Source of the DNA: an uncultured Chloroflexia bacterium
Lineage (GTDB): Bacteria > Chloroflexota > Anaerolineae > B4-G1 > SLSP01
Assembly: GCA_963751345.1 (NCBI GenBank)
Contig: CAVVUS010000030.1
Coordinates: forward strand, 64,001-128,000
Reading direction: 5' to 3'
DNA: 64,000 bases
Shown here: positions 31,366 to 41,045 of the stretch, piece by piece
Layout of the letters: every line of letters starts with the position of its first letter
Numbering within the stretch: position 1 is the stretch's first letter
Notes under the pieces: model-generated
Databases searched by the model: none
The model's input: the letters and a program-made list of their open reading frames with translations, nothing else
Told to the model about the DNA's origin: nothing
Translations under genes and position numbers: made by a program

Positions 31366-32370
31366 TTAGAAGAGCGAATAGTCTTCGCCACGACGCTCGG
31401 ACCATTTCTTAACCAACCAATTGGAGCCAAAGACGCAGATGAAGCCCAGCACTGATTGGCTTAGGCCAACAGCAGTGCTCATCCCGAAGTTCGTCGTGGT
31501 CTGTAGTGCACGGATGATGTAGGTGTCAATGACGTCGGTCGTAGGATAGAGCAGGGCATTACTGCCGATGATCGCATACAGCATACCAAAATCACCGTAG
31601 AAAATGCGCCCGATAGAAAGCAGCGTCAACAAGATAATGGTCGGCACCAGAAGCGGCAAACTGATGAAACGGATCCGCTGCCACCGGCTGGCGCCGTCCA
31701 TCTCGGCTGCTTCGTAGAGTTGCGTGTCAATACCCACGAGAACCGCGAGATAGAGAATGCAGCCACTCCCGGTACCCTTCCAGATATTCAGTACGGTGAG
31801 AATCGTCGGCCAAAGATTAGGTTGCTCGTAGAACGAGAATCGTTGCATCCCCAGGGTCTGAACAACGTTGTTCACCATGCCGGATTCATAATCGAAGAAC
31901 CCGTAGAGGATCATGGCCACCACAGTCCAGGACATGAAGAACGGCAAGTACATGATCGACTGGGAGAGCTTCTTGAAGAGCGGGTGCATGATCTCGTTGA
32001 GCATCAACGCCATACCGACGGCAGTGATCGTGCCGAAGGTGATAAACAACACGTTGAGAAAGAGGGTATTGCGCACAATGCGCCAGAGAACGGGCGAGCC
32101 AAAAAGCAGACGGAAATTGTCCAATCCCACCCAAGGGCTGAAAAATCCGGTCTGTGCTCGGAAATCCTCGAAAGCCACAACGATCCCGAACATAGGGACG
32201 TACTTGAGCAGGAAAATCAGCGCGACGCCCGGCAGCGCCAGTAACAATATCAACCGGCTCCTGTAAAGACTACGCAGCAGTTGCCAGATGGGGCCCTGTT
32301 TTGGCTGAGGTGTCGGGGTTGTCAGTTGGCCTGGCCTCGATCTCGATAGTTGGATCATATCTGGAGTCAC
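31366..32370 (-). CDS. Carbohydrate ABC transporter permease (LplB-like)
   Basis: KYVPMFGIVVAF, SPWVGLDNF, LYEAAEMDGASRWQRI, TTDVIDTY. Confidence 0.92.
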   Translation of the reverse strand: MTPDMIQLSRSRPGQLTTPTPQPKQGPIWQLLRSLYRSRLILLLALPGVALIFLLKYVPMFGIVVAFEDFRAQTGFFSPWVGLDNFRLLFGSPVLWRIVRNTLFLNVLFITFGTITAVGMALMLNEIMHPLFKKLSQSIMYLPFFMSWTVVAMILYGFFDYESGMVNNVVQTLGMQRFSFYEQPNLWPTILTVLNIWKGTGSGCILYLAVLVGIDTQLYEAAEMDGASRWQRIRFISLPLLVPTIILLTLLSIGRIFYGDFGMLYAIIGSNALLYPTTDVIDTYIIRALQTTTNFGMSTAVGLSQSVLGFICVFGSNWLVKKWSERRGEDYSLF

Positions 32371-32524
32371 CTTTGGTGATATGAGTATAGGGCAAGCGAA
32401 ACAGGAAACTGGGAGAAATCCGGCACAAACCGACAGAGGTTGAACCCTCGCTATCTATCCAGTATAATCGACCTTGACTCGGATTTGGTATGGAAATCGG
32501 ACAGCCACAGGACAGCTAGCGGAC

Positions 32525-33802
32525 ATGGCAGAACAACAGGACACGGATTTGTTCGAGGAGGAGCTGCGCCATGCGCTACAGTCTCTGTACGATCCATCCG
32601 AACTCCGCAAGAGCCGGTTGCTTGGCCTTCTCCAACTCGATGATGGACACAGCCCCCTCACGCAAGTTCGGCGAGCGCTGGCCGAGTCCATCGAGGCGCT
32701 TCACCCGGAGAGCCACGTCCCCCCTGATGCCGCCGCCTGGCGCATCTACAACGTCCTCACGTATCGCTACATTGAGCAGTTGGGCCAAAGGGAGGCCGCT
32801 GCCGATCTGTGTCTGAGTGTACGGCAATTGCGTCGTGACGAACACGCCGCGATACGAGTCCTGGCCGATCACCTCAGGCATCGATTCAACATCCGGCCCG
32901 AAACACCCCAGGCGGACGACGGGATGGCAGGCAAATCGGACACCTTTCTCACCGGAACAAAGCAGGAACTGGATTGGCTGCGCCTCACCTTTCCCCAGGA
33001 GACCGTCAGCGTCCACACAATCATCGAAACTGCCCTGGCTACGGCGGCCCCCTTGATCAATGCCTCGCGCGTTAAGGTCAGCTATGACCTTCCGCCGGAT
33101 CTTGCGCCTGTCGTAGGGCAACTGAATACGGCCCGCCAGGCGCTTCTCAACGTCTTATCCGCCACTGTGCCGGCAGCGGCAGGCGGGGAAATCGAGATCA
33201 AGGCAGCAGAACTTCGAGACCGATCGCAACAGACCGAACTCACCATCTGCGCACAGCTAGAGGACGGCACGCCGGTCACGAAAGACGTACAGATGGCCGA
33301 GGCGTTTGCGGTCAGCCGGCAGCTTCTGGCGTTAGCGGGCGGTGCCTTGCGGATCGACAATGCCTGCTGCGAATGCCTCGTCACGCTCTCCCTTCCAACG
33401 GCACTTCCACAACGGGTACCCATTCTCGTGGTGGACGACAACGTCGATACCCTCCAGCTATTCCGCCGCTATCTTGCGGAGAACGCCTTTGACCTCGTCA
33501 GCGTTTCAGATCCCGAGATGGCCCTAAGTCGGGCGGTTGACGTTCAGCCCGACATCATCGTCCTCGACGTCATGTTGCCGGGTATCGATGGGTGGGAACT
33601 GTTGGGCCGGCTCCGGGAACATCCCGATACCCGCGAGATTCCCGTCATCATCTGCACCATCCTGCCCCAGGAGAAACTCGCCATGGCCCTGGGCGCGGCG
33701 GGTTTCCTGCAAAAGCCCTTCAGTCGGGAATCCTTGTTTGCCGTTCTGGCCGATCTGGTAGATCAGACGGACTCTCCCGAGTCCCTGATGGAACAGCCAT
33801 AG
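32525..33802 (+). CDS. Response regulator with N-terminal HTH, degenerate HATPase-like region and C-terminal REC domain
   Basis: RYIEQLGQREAAADLCLSVRQLRR (HTH); ILVVDDN, LDVMLP, FLQKP (REC). Confidence 0.8.
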   Translation: MAEQQDTDLFEEELRHALQSLYDPSELRKSRLLGLLQLDDGHSPLTQVRRALAESIEALHPESHVPPDAAAWRIYNVLTYRYIEQLGQREAAADLCLSVRQLRRDEHAAIRVLADHLRHRFNIRPETPQADDGMAGKSDTFLTGTKQELDWLRLTFPQETVSVHTIIETALATAAPLINASRVKVSYDLPPDLAPVVGQLNTARQALLNVLSATVPAAAGGEIEIKAAELRDRSQQTELTICAQLEDGTPVTKDVQMAEAFAVSRQLLALAGGALRIDNACCECLVTLSLPTALPQRVPILVVDDNVDTLQLFRRYLAENAFDLVSVSDPEMALSRAVDVQPDIIVLDVMLPGIDGWELLGRLREHPDTREIPVIICTILPQEKLAMALGAAGFLQKPFSRESLFAVLADLVDQTDSPESLMEQP

Positions 33803-36014
33803 GATCACCAGGCGTTCGGGGCATGCCGGGGGACAGCATCGTCGTCAGCATCTTCAGCGTGGTCAGAATCTGATTGACGGATAGCCCGTTCGCCGAGGTG
33901 ACGGCGAGCGAATTGCTGACAATCGGATGCCCCAAAGGATCGCGGGCAGAGATCAGGATGATCGGGATATCCTGCCACGGAGCACCTTCCCTCAGCCTGA
34001 GGAACTCAAATCCATCCATCTCCGGCATCGTCAAGTCCAGTAGAATCACGTCGGGAAGCTGTTGTTGGAGGATCCCGATGGCCTGATGGCCATTCCGCGC
34101 CCGTAGGACCCGATAGGGCCTTTCAGCAGATGAAAGCATCCGGCGGAAGAGCATTAGAGCTTCACGCTCGTCATCGACAATCAGCACAGTCTCCACCGGG
34201 GGATCAAGCTGCTCCAAAGCCGACAGCAGAGACTCTCGGGAGATGGGCTTTACCAGATATCCGGAAACGCCGAGTTCGTTGACCGCTTGCTCCACCCCGG
34301 GTACCGAACAGACAATGACCGGAACACCGTAGGGCAAACGGGGCTGATTGTGCATTCGCTGAAGCATCTGTCCCACATCCAGTTCGTTGATGAGGAGCGC
34401 CTGACTGGGTGTCGTCGTCAGCGCGCCAATCGCGGCCTCCATTGTCCGAACGGATACCAGGTCAATCCCCTCCAAATGCCTCGCCAGCAGGCGCCGCATG
34501 GCGTCCCCCCGTTCGAGGATGACCCAGCGCGGCTGCACTTGCACCCGGGGGAGCCTGAGCGGACGGGAACGAGGCTCATAGGGGTTGTAGGGGCTCATCC
34601 AGCGCATGAAGCTATCGTCAGAAGGGGACGGTGAAGTGACAGGCAGGCTGAATGAAAAGACCGTTCCCTTCCCTTCCTGGCTCTCGACCCACATCTTTCC
34701 GCCATGAAGCTCGACAAAGCTCCGGCTGATGCTGAGTCCCAGACCCGTCCCACCATAGCGCCGGCGAATCGTGCCGTCCAGTTGCTCAAAGGGCCGGAAG
34801 AGCCGGGCCTGCTGCCCTTCCGGAATCCCAGGCCCGGTATCGGCGATGCTTACCACAAGCTGAGCCCCGTCTTCCCTGACCTTTATCTTGACGCCACCCT
34901 TCTCGGTAAAGCGTCCCGCATTGCTCAGCAAGTTCAGCATCACCTCACGTATACGAATGCGGTCACAGAACACGGGGAGGAGATCCGTGGGCACGTCGAT
35001 GTCAAGGTAGAGCGCTTTCGACTGGTAGAGAGGTCGTACGGCAGTCACTGCCGAGTTCAGGATCTCCTGGAATCCGACGTGCTCGCGGACAAGCGCCATC
35101 TGTCCCGCCTCGATCTGGCTGAGGTCGAGCACATCGTCGACTAACCCCGAAAGATGCTGGCTGTTCCGGAAGACGACATCCAGATCGGCAAGCAGCTTGG
35201 GAGACAGCGACCCACCGTAAGCTTCCGGCGTCTCCATGATCATCTCGCAGAAGCCTACAATCATATTCAGGGGAGTCCGCAACTCGTGGCTCACGTTAGC
35301 CACAAACTGCTCTTTTGTGCGGCGCTCTTCGTCCGCCGTCTGGCGCAATGCCTGGGCGAGCCGATTCAGCCTCATCAACTGAGCATTTGCCTCGGTCAGG
35401 TCCTCCAGGGTCTCGTGCAATTGCTGCTGGTAGGTCCGCGCCTCTTCGAGGCTCTCACGACCGCGCTCGTAGCCAAACCACGCCCATTCCACAGTCCTCA
35501 AGAGTGGGCGCAGCGTCATGACCAACGCACCCTCGATCGACCATATGGTGACTATGGCAATGGCGCGCAGGCCAACGTCCACCGGTGGGAGTGCTCCGGA
35601 TGGCACGACCAGCAAGAGCGTCGCTAACATCGATGCGGTCAGGCCCAGAGGGATGCTGATCAAGATCGTGGCAATGGCAGCCGGCAGCGCGAGAAGACAG
35701 ACCAGAGGGGCATAGGCCGTCCAATGGATGATGAGCCCCAACAGAGCGGCGGAACCCAGGGTGAGCAGCCAGGCTGCCGCATCGTTCCGCCAGCGACGGG
35801 CAAAAAAGGCAAGCGTCACCACCGCAAATGCCAGGGCTGCAGAGACCAGGCTCCGCCCGACGGCAAGGAGTTCGTCAGGCACCCGCAGCAGCAGCACCCC
35901 GATGCATGCGATGGCGACCATCACAGCATAGAGCGCATCTGTTTGGAGTTGTTGAAGGCGCGCTTCCAACTCAGCCGTCAGGTCGGGAGCAGGAGGCGCA
36001 GACTCTGTGGTCAT
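33720..36014 (-). CDS. Membrane-bound hybrid sensor histidine kinase (HisKA, HATPase, two REC-like domains)
   Basis: TM helices, VSHELRTPL, NLLSNA, DTGPGI, GGTGLGL, VLIVDD, LDLTMP. Confidence 0.9.
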   Translation of the reverse strand: MTTESAPPAPDLTAELEARLQQLQTDALYAVMVAIACIGVLLLRVPDELLAVGRSLVSAALAFAVVTLAFFARRWRNDAAAWLLTLGSAALLGLIIHWTAYAPLVCLLALPAAIATILISIPLGLTASMLATLLLVVPSGALPPVDVGLRAIAIVTIWSIEGALVMTLRPLLRTVEWAWFGYERGRESLEEARTYQQQLHETLEDLTEANAQLMRLNRLAQALRQTADEERRTKEQFVANVSHELRTPLNMIVGFCEMIMETPEAYGGSLSPKLLADLDVVFRNSQHLSGLVDDVLDLSQIEAGQMALVREHVGFQEILNSAVTAVRPLYQSKALYLDIDVPTDLLPVFCDRIRIREVMLNLLSNAGRFTEKGGVKIKVREDGAQLVVSIADTGPGIPEGQQARLFRPFEQLDGTIRRRYGGTGLGLSISRSFVELHGGKMWVESQEGKGTVFSFSLPVTSPSPSDDSFMRWMSPYNPYEPRSRPLRLPRVQVQPRWVILERGDAMRRLLARHLEGIDLVSVRTMEAAIGALTTTPSQALLINELDVGQMLQRMHNQPRLPYGVPVIVCSVPGVEQAVNELGVSGYLVKPISRESLLSALEQLDPPVETVLIVDDEREALMLFRRMLSSAERPYRVLRARNGHQAIGILQQQLPDVILLDLTMPEMDGFEFLRLREGAPWQDIPIILISARDPLGHPIVSNSLAVTSANGLSVNQILTTLKMLTTMLSPGMPRTPGDPMAVPSGTRESPSDLPDRPERQTRIPD

Positions 36015-36080
36015 CGGACGCTCAGTTCTCCACCGGCGAATGAAAGGCAACGGCCCGAGCATAAGCCCGGGCCGCCTAGG

Positions 36081-36153
36081 CTGGGGCGGTAGGATTCGAA
36101 CCTACGATACACGGATTCAAAGTCCGTTGCCTTGCCAACTTGGCCACGCCCCA
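36081..36153 (-). tRNA. tRNA-Gln (anticodon TTG), CCA not encoded
   Basis: Acceptor stem TGGGGCG/CGCCCCA, anticodon arm ACGGA-CTTTGAA-TCCGT, T loop GGTTCGAATCC; TATAAT just upstream. Confidence 0.95.
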
Positions 36154-36199
36154 ACACTGATTCCATTATACCGTAGGATCTGGCAGCGACAAGCGACAA

Positions 36200-36247
36200 T
36201 CGAGCTCCGCGGTCTCAGTTCATAGGTGTCGAGCTCCGCGGTCTCAG
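36200..36247. repeat. 19-bp direct repeat TCGAGCTCCGCGGTCTCAG (36200-36218, 36229-36247)
   Basis: Directly visible between the MscS stop codon and the tRNA promoter. Confidence 0.85.
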
Positions 36248-37482
36248 CTAGCGATAGGTGGCGATGCACTCCAGGCTTGATCCGCATCGGCATCGCGCAC
36301 CACCGCGGGGACCGATCGCCAACCGAGTTGCTTGCACGCTGCAACCCGCATGTGACCGACTACGACCCGATAGGCCCCACCCGGCACCGGGCTGACGACA
36401 ACAGGTTGGATCAGCCCCTCGGTCTTGATCCGCTCGGCCAGGTCGTCGATCTCGTCCTCGTTGGCCCTGAGATAAGCTTTGTCTTCCTCGCCAAAGACGA
36501 TCTCGCTGAGCTGCAAGTCGATGGTGGCCTTGGACTGCTCGGCCTCACCGAAGCGCGCCGAGGCCTGCACACCCTTACGAAACGAGTAGATATAGGGAAT
36601 CGCGAAGTCAATCTGCGCGTTCTCCTGGAAGCCCTGGAAGATCAGCTTGATGATCTGATAGCTGATCCGGGGGCGATCCGTCGCGCTGGTCGTATAACGG
36701 AGTCGCATATAGATGCCGTAATCGTACATATCCGCGCGGACGTATGGCTCATGCCCCGTCTGCTCAATGATGTTCGCAGTCACCTGACGCGCAGCCGAAA
36801 GAAGGATCTCCTCGGCCAAATCCCAGTTCGTGTCATACGTGATACGGATCACCACCTCATCCAGAATGAAGGCGGCATCCTGCCGCGCCGTGTAATTGAT
36901 CACCACATTGCTGAAGAGCATAGCGTTGGGAATCAAAATCGGCCGGCCGACCGCCTCTTCGCTGCCCACCGCCCCGCCTACCTGGTTGAGCTCGGTGTAC
37001 ATCGGGCTCAAGTTGACGACATCCCCAACCAGGCCCAGGGAGGGCAGTTGGATGCGATCGCCGACCCGGAAGGGCCGCTTCAGCGAGATCATGATCCAAG
37101 CCGCCATACCGCTGACCGGTGCCTGCAGGGACCAACCCAGAAGTAGGCCGCTGAACGCTCCCACTGCCGTGCCAACGGTTTGGAGCTGACCGAAAAACGC
37201 GAGGAGCAAGGCGATCACAGCAACACCCGCGACAAGGCGGAGAACGCCGGAGAGCATCGTAACCTCCCCGGGGGCCCCCTTCTTGACGTGCACGCTCCCC
37301 TTGATCATCAGTACACCCAATTGATACCCCGCCAGGATCGCGAACAGAAACATTAACCCCTTGCTCAACGAGACCCCATTGGGCAGGGATGCAAATCGGA
37401 TGCCCTGGGCGTCCAAGATGCCAAATAGGGCAGCCAACACACACCACCCCGTGAGTATCAATAGGTTTCGCTTATAGCGCAT
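36244..37482 (-). CDS. MscS-family mechanosensitive channel fused to a C-terminal ParB/Sulfiredoxin-like domain
   Basis: GLLLGWSLQ...KRPFRVGDRI...GDV, IPNAMLF (MscS); IDDLAERIKTEGLIQPVVV...YRVVVGHMRVAA (ParB N-domain). AAGGAG RBS. Confidence 0.85.
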   Translation of the reverse strand: MRYKRNLLILTGWCVLAALFGILDAQGIRFASLPNGVSLSKGLMFLFAILAGYQLGVLMIKGSVHVKKGAPGEVTMLSGVLRLVAGVAVIALLLAFFGQLQTVGTAVGAFSGLLLGWSLQAPVSGMAAWIMISLKRPFRVGDRIQLPSLGLVGDVVNLSPMYTELNQVGGAVGSEEAVGRPILIPNAMLFSNVVINYTARQDAAFILDEVVIRITYDTNWDLAEEILLSAARQVTANIIEQTGHEPYVRADMYDYGIYMRLRYTTSATDRPRISYQIIKLIFQGFQENAQIDFAIPYIYSFRKGVQASARFGEAEQSKATIDLQLSEIVFGEEDKAYLRANEDEIDDLAERIKTEGLIQPVVVSPVPGGAYRVVVGHMRVAACKQLGWRSVPAVVRDADADQAWSASPPIAS

Positions 37483-37716
37483 AGGGTCTCCTTGCATCCG
37501 AACCTCCGCCAACCATGCCGCCGATGCTGCACTAGGTATGATATGCGGCTCGCCGCTTGGGACAAGCTCTCGATGCCCTGATGGCCCTGCGTAGGCTGAC
37601 CGTATGGAACTTCCTGAAGGGGATGTGCGTCTTAGGTAGTGAGAGGCACAAGACAGTCGGCCTCAAACATACAGTGTCTGACACCGTCAGATGAGAGAAA
37701 TATCAGGAGGACAGGA

Positions 37717-38505
37717 ATGAAGAAGTTGCATTGGCCCTTCGCAGGCCTAATCGTAGTGGCTGTGGCCGTCGCACTGAGCGCGTGTGGTTCGCTCTTACCC
37801 CCAGCTACGCTGGCATCCAGTCAGGCTGCACCGCTGGCCGGCGGCGGCACGGCGGCCGTAGTCAACGGGCAGTACCAGGAAGGCGTGGTCGTCTCCGGGA
37901 CGGGTGTGGCCAGCGCGGACCCCGAGATCGCCCAGGTCACCTTTGGAATTGAGCTCCAGGGAGCGAATCCCGACGAGCTCGTCTCGCAGGCCGCAACGAA
38001 GATGGATGCGGCGATGGCGGCAGCGACGAGCTTTGGTATCCTTGAGGACAAGACCCAGACCGTAACCTACAACCTTTGGGTCGAGACCGTCCGCGATCCT
38101 GACACGGGTCGCCCTACCGGAGAGATCGTCTATCACCTGTCCCATCAGGTGCAGGTGACGACGGATCGCATCGGCTCTGTCGGTGAGCTTCTGGCCGGCG
38201 TCGTCGATGCGGGGATGAACGTCGTCAACGGTGTCAACTTCACGCTTCAGGACCCCAGCGCTCTTGAGGAGCAGGCCCGGAACGCAGCGCTGACTGACGC
38301 CCAGGGGAAGGCTCAGCAGATGGCCGATCAACTGGGGATCACGCTCGGTAAGCCGGCCCTGGTGATGGAGACAGGGAATAACGTTCCGGTCTACGCAGCT
38401 CAGGGCATTGGTGGCGGCGCGATGATGGAAGCGGCCGCTCCCAACGTTACACCCGGATCGTTCTCGGTTACGGTGAGTGTGCAGATCGTCTACACCATCC
38501 AATAA
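37717..38505 (+). CDS. SIMPL (DUF541) domain lipoprotein
   Basis: LSAC lipobox, VVSGTGVASADPEIA, ARNAALTDAQGKAQQMA, VTVSVQIVY. Confidence 0.85.
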   Translation: MKKLHWPFAGLIVVAVAVALSACGSLLPPATLASSQAAPLAGGGTAAVVNGQYQEGVVVSGTGVASADPEIAQVTFGIELQGANPDELVSQAATKMDAAMAAATSFGILEDKTQTVTYNLWVETVRDPDTGRPTGEIVYHLSHQVQVTTDRIGSVGELLAGVVDAGMNVVNGVNFTLQDPSALEEQARNAALTDAQGKAQQMADQLGITLGKPALVMETGNNVPVYAAQGIGGGAMMEAAAPNVTPGSFSVTVSVQIVYTIQ

Positions 38506-38539
38506 CGGTTGAGCCTGACGCCGATAGCGTGGGACAACA

Positions 38540-38578
38540 CAAGAGGGCCTGCGGTCATCAAGATCGCAGGCCCTTTTG
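38540..38578 (+). terminator. Intrinsic terminator after the SIMPL gene
   Basis: AGGGCCTGCG-loop-CGCAGGCCCT followed by TTT. Confidence 0.7.
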
Positions 38579-38631
38579 GTTGGGGCCGACCTGGGCTACA
38601 ATGGCACCCATACCGCACATAAGGAGGCCTT

Positions 38632-39693
38632 GTGATAGTCACACATCTGGAGATCACGCTGCACCGCCGTGAACCGAATCCCAATCCTATCCGCGACGCC
38701 CTGCAGAGTCTGCCCGGTGCCGGTTCGGTCGAGGTCACCGTCCACACGGACACGTCCGTGCACGGTATGGCCATCACCGGCACCGGTGAAGCCGGGTTCG
38801 GCCGCATCGCCGGGGCGCCCGACGCCTTGGCTGCTCTCATCAAGCACGAACTGGAGCCCCTGGTGGTGGGTACCGACCCCGCTTTCGTCACGGCGACGCA
38901 CGAGGCGATGGTACGCGAGACCGAGTATCATGGCACCTTCGGCCTGGCGACCTTTGGCATTGCTGCGATCGATACGGCCCTGTGGGACTGCCAGGGCAGG
39001 GCGCTGGATGTTCCGTGCTGGCACCTATGGGGCGGCGTCCACACGCGAATCCCCGCCTACGCGATGGTCGGTTGGCTCAACTTCGAGGTCGATCGTCTCA
39101 AGGACATCGCGGCGCAGGCCGTAGATCAAGGCTTCCGTGGGGTGAAGATGAAGGTGGGAGCGCCTACTCTCAAGGAGGATGTCGCTCGGGTTGAGGCCGT
39201 GCGCGCCGTCATCGGCGATACCACCGACCTGATGGTCGATGCCAACCAGTCTCTGTCGACCGCAGAGGCCATCCGCCGAGGTCGCGCCTTCCAGGATCTC
39301 GGCTGTCTGTGGTGGGAAGAGCCCATCGCGGCGGACGACGTCGACGGCTACGCGGCACTCGTCCGCGCGCTGGATATCCCTATCGCGACCGGCGAAAACC
39401 TCTATACGCGGGCGGACTTCGCCCGCTTCCTCCGCCGCGATGCGGTGGATGTGATTCAGCCTGACCTGCGTCGCGCCGGGGGCCCTACCGCGATGCTGCA
39501 GGTCGGGACGATGGCAGCGGCATTCCGTCGTTCCTACGCTTCCCACGGCGGCGGCCCCGTGCAGCTCAACGTGATGGCGTCTCTGTCGAATGCGATCTAC
39601 CTGGAGACAGGTCTCATCGGCCCCAATTCGCCCTTCGAGCTTGAAGAGGGGTGCGCCCCGGTGCCGCAGGGGCCGGGGTTTAGCTGGGCGTAG
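38632..39693 (+). CDS. Mandelate racemase/muconate lactonizing enzyme family protein
   Basis: AAIDTALWD, KMK, MVDAN, WEEP, ATGEN, IQPD, SH. Confidence 0.9.
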   Translation: MIVTHLEITLHRREPNPNPIRDALQSLPGAGSVEVTVHTDTSVHGMAITGTGEAGFGRIAGAPDALAALIKHELEPLVVGTDPAFVTATHEAMVRETEYHGTFGLATFGIAAIDTALWDCQGRALDVPCWHLWGGVHTRIPAYAMVGWLNFEVDRLKDIAAQAVDQGFRGVKMKVGAPTLKEDVARVEAVRAVIGDTTDLMVDANQSLSTAEAIRRGRAFQDLGCLWWEEPIAADDVDGYAALVRALDIPIATGENLYTRADFARFLRRDAVDVIQPDLRRAGGPTAMLQVGTMAAAFRRSYASHGGGPVQLNVMASLSNAIYLETGLIGPNSPFELEEGCAPVPQGPGFSWA

Positions 39694-39923
39694 GGAGAGA
39701 ATAAGAGGGGATGAGGAAATCAGGGGATAAGGAGAGCTCGCGGCTTGCCCCCCTTATCCCTATCCGTAAAGTACGCACCCAATGGTCGTAGTCGGGTGTA
39801 AGCCACGGCGGGTCCTCCTCATCGAAGATGTCGGGCCGCATCGCTTTTCGACCGTGTGCTTCGTTCACCATAGGACTGATAGCCGGAAATTGGCAACCCC
39901 GCGAGCGGACTGACCGCCGGAAT

Positions 39924-40814
39924 CTAACCATAGAGCCCGTCGAAGACGATCTGCAGATCGGCGAGCATCCTAGGGTCAATGGGGTGTACCGGACCGCGCA
40001 CCACACTGGTCCGGATGACACCCCGCTGGCGCAGAATCTCCTTGTGGACACTGTAGAACGCGCCCCAACCCTGCTCCGCGACACGGTTAATGGGGACGAT
40101 GTTGCGGTAGAAGACCTCAATGGCTCCCGGCTCATCGCCGGCGCGATACCTCTGCCACAGTTCGACAAAGGCTTCGGGATTGGAGCATCCGGGCATGGTG
40201 CCCTGCGACCCACGACGCAGCTCTTCGATGATGAAGTGCCCACCGGCACCGCCGAAGACCGTGAGGACGTCGGAGGCCGTCCGCACGACCTCATCGACCA
40301 TCACCGGCGTGGGATGGCTCTCCACCTTGATATAGCGCACCTGGGAGCACGCCTCGGCGATGCGCCGCGCCGTACCCGCCGAGACGTGTGCATTGCTCAC
40401 ATCCTGGATAAAGATCGGCAGGTCAACAGCCTCAGCCACAGCCTCGTAGTACGCCACCAGCCCTTCTGCTCCTACGTCGGAGGAAGGAGGGATGATCATC
40501 ACGGCATCGGCCCCGTTTTCCTGGGCCTGACGGCTGTTGTGCACCGTGATCACGGTGCTCGCGCCGCCGGTATTCACGACGACGGGCACCCGACCGGCGA
40601 CGCGCTCGGTCACAGTGCGCGTCACCAACACGCGTTCGGCCTCGGTCAGCATCATCACCTCGCTGCCCAGGGCGATCCCCATCCCGTGTACACCTGCCGC
40701 CAACAGGAAATCCACGAGACTCTGTAGGCTATCGATATCGACACGTTCATCCGTGTCAAACGGAGTCAAAAGGATCGGGAACACGCCTTCCACAGGGTGT
40801 TGGGTCATCACCAT
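39924..40814 (-). CDS. Dihydrodipicolinate synthase-family aldolase/dehydratase
   Basis: GVFPILLTPF, GRVPVVV, GADAVMIIPP, Schiff-base lysine in YIKVE. Confidence 0.85.
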   Translation of the reverse strand: MVMTQHPVEGVFPILLTPFDTDERVDIDSLQSLVDFLLAAGVHGMGIALGSEVMMLTEAERVLVTRTVTERVAGRVPVVVNTGGASTVITVHNSRQAQENGADAVMIIPPSSDVGAEGLVAYYEAVAEAVDLPIFIQDVSNAHVSAGTARRIAEACSQVRYIKVESHPTPVMVDEVVRTASDVLTVFGGAGGHFIIEELRRGSQGTMPGCSNPEAFVELWQRYRAGDEPGAIEVFYRNIVPINRVAEQGWGAFYSVHKEILRQRGVIRTSVVRGPVHPIDPRMLADLQIVFDGLYG

Positions 40815-41045
40815 TGATCTCCTCCCAGACGCTGCCCGGATCGTAGTGGCTGTGCAATTGTGGCATCCTAGTGGTCGCACTATAATGTCATGTTATTCAT
40901 ACTTTCGGCATAGGCAAGTTCGCGCTTTCTTGATCTACACTTCATAAAATGGACAATGGCATCGCGAGAGAGTACAATGCCTTGATTCATCCCCTCGGGG
41001 CTCCGCTCCCGATCGAGGGTTCGAGTGGCACAAGGAGATACGCAT

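Noticed and set aside
36015-36260. tRNA-Gln as an integration site
   Set aside because: No integrase is nearby, and I saw no duplicated tRNA 3' end in the window.
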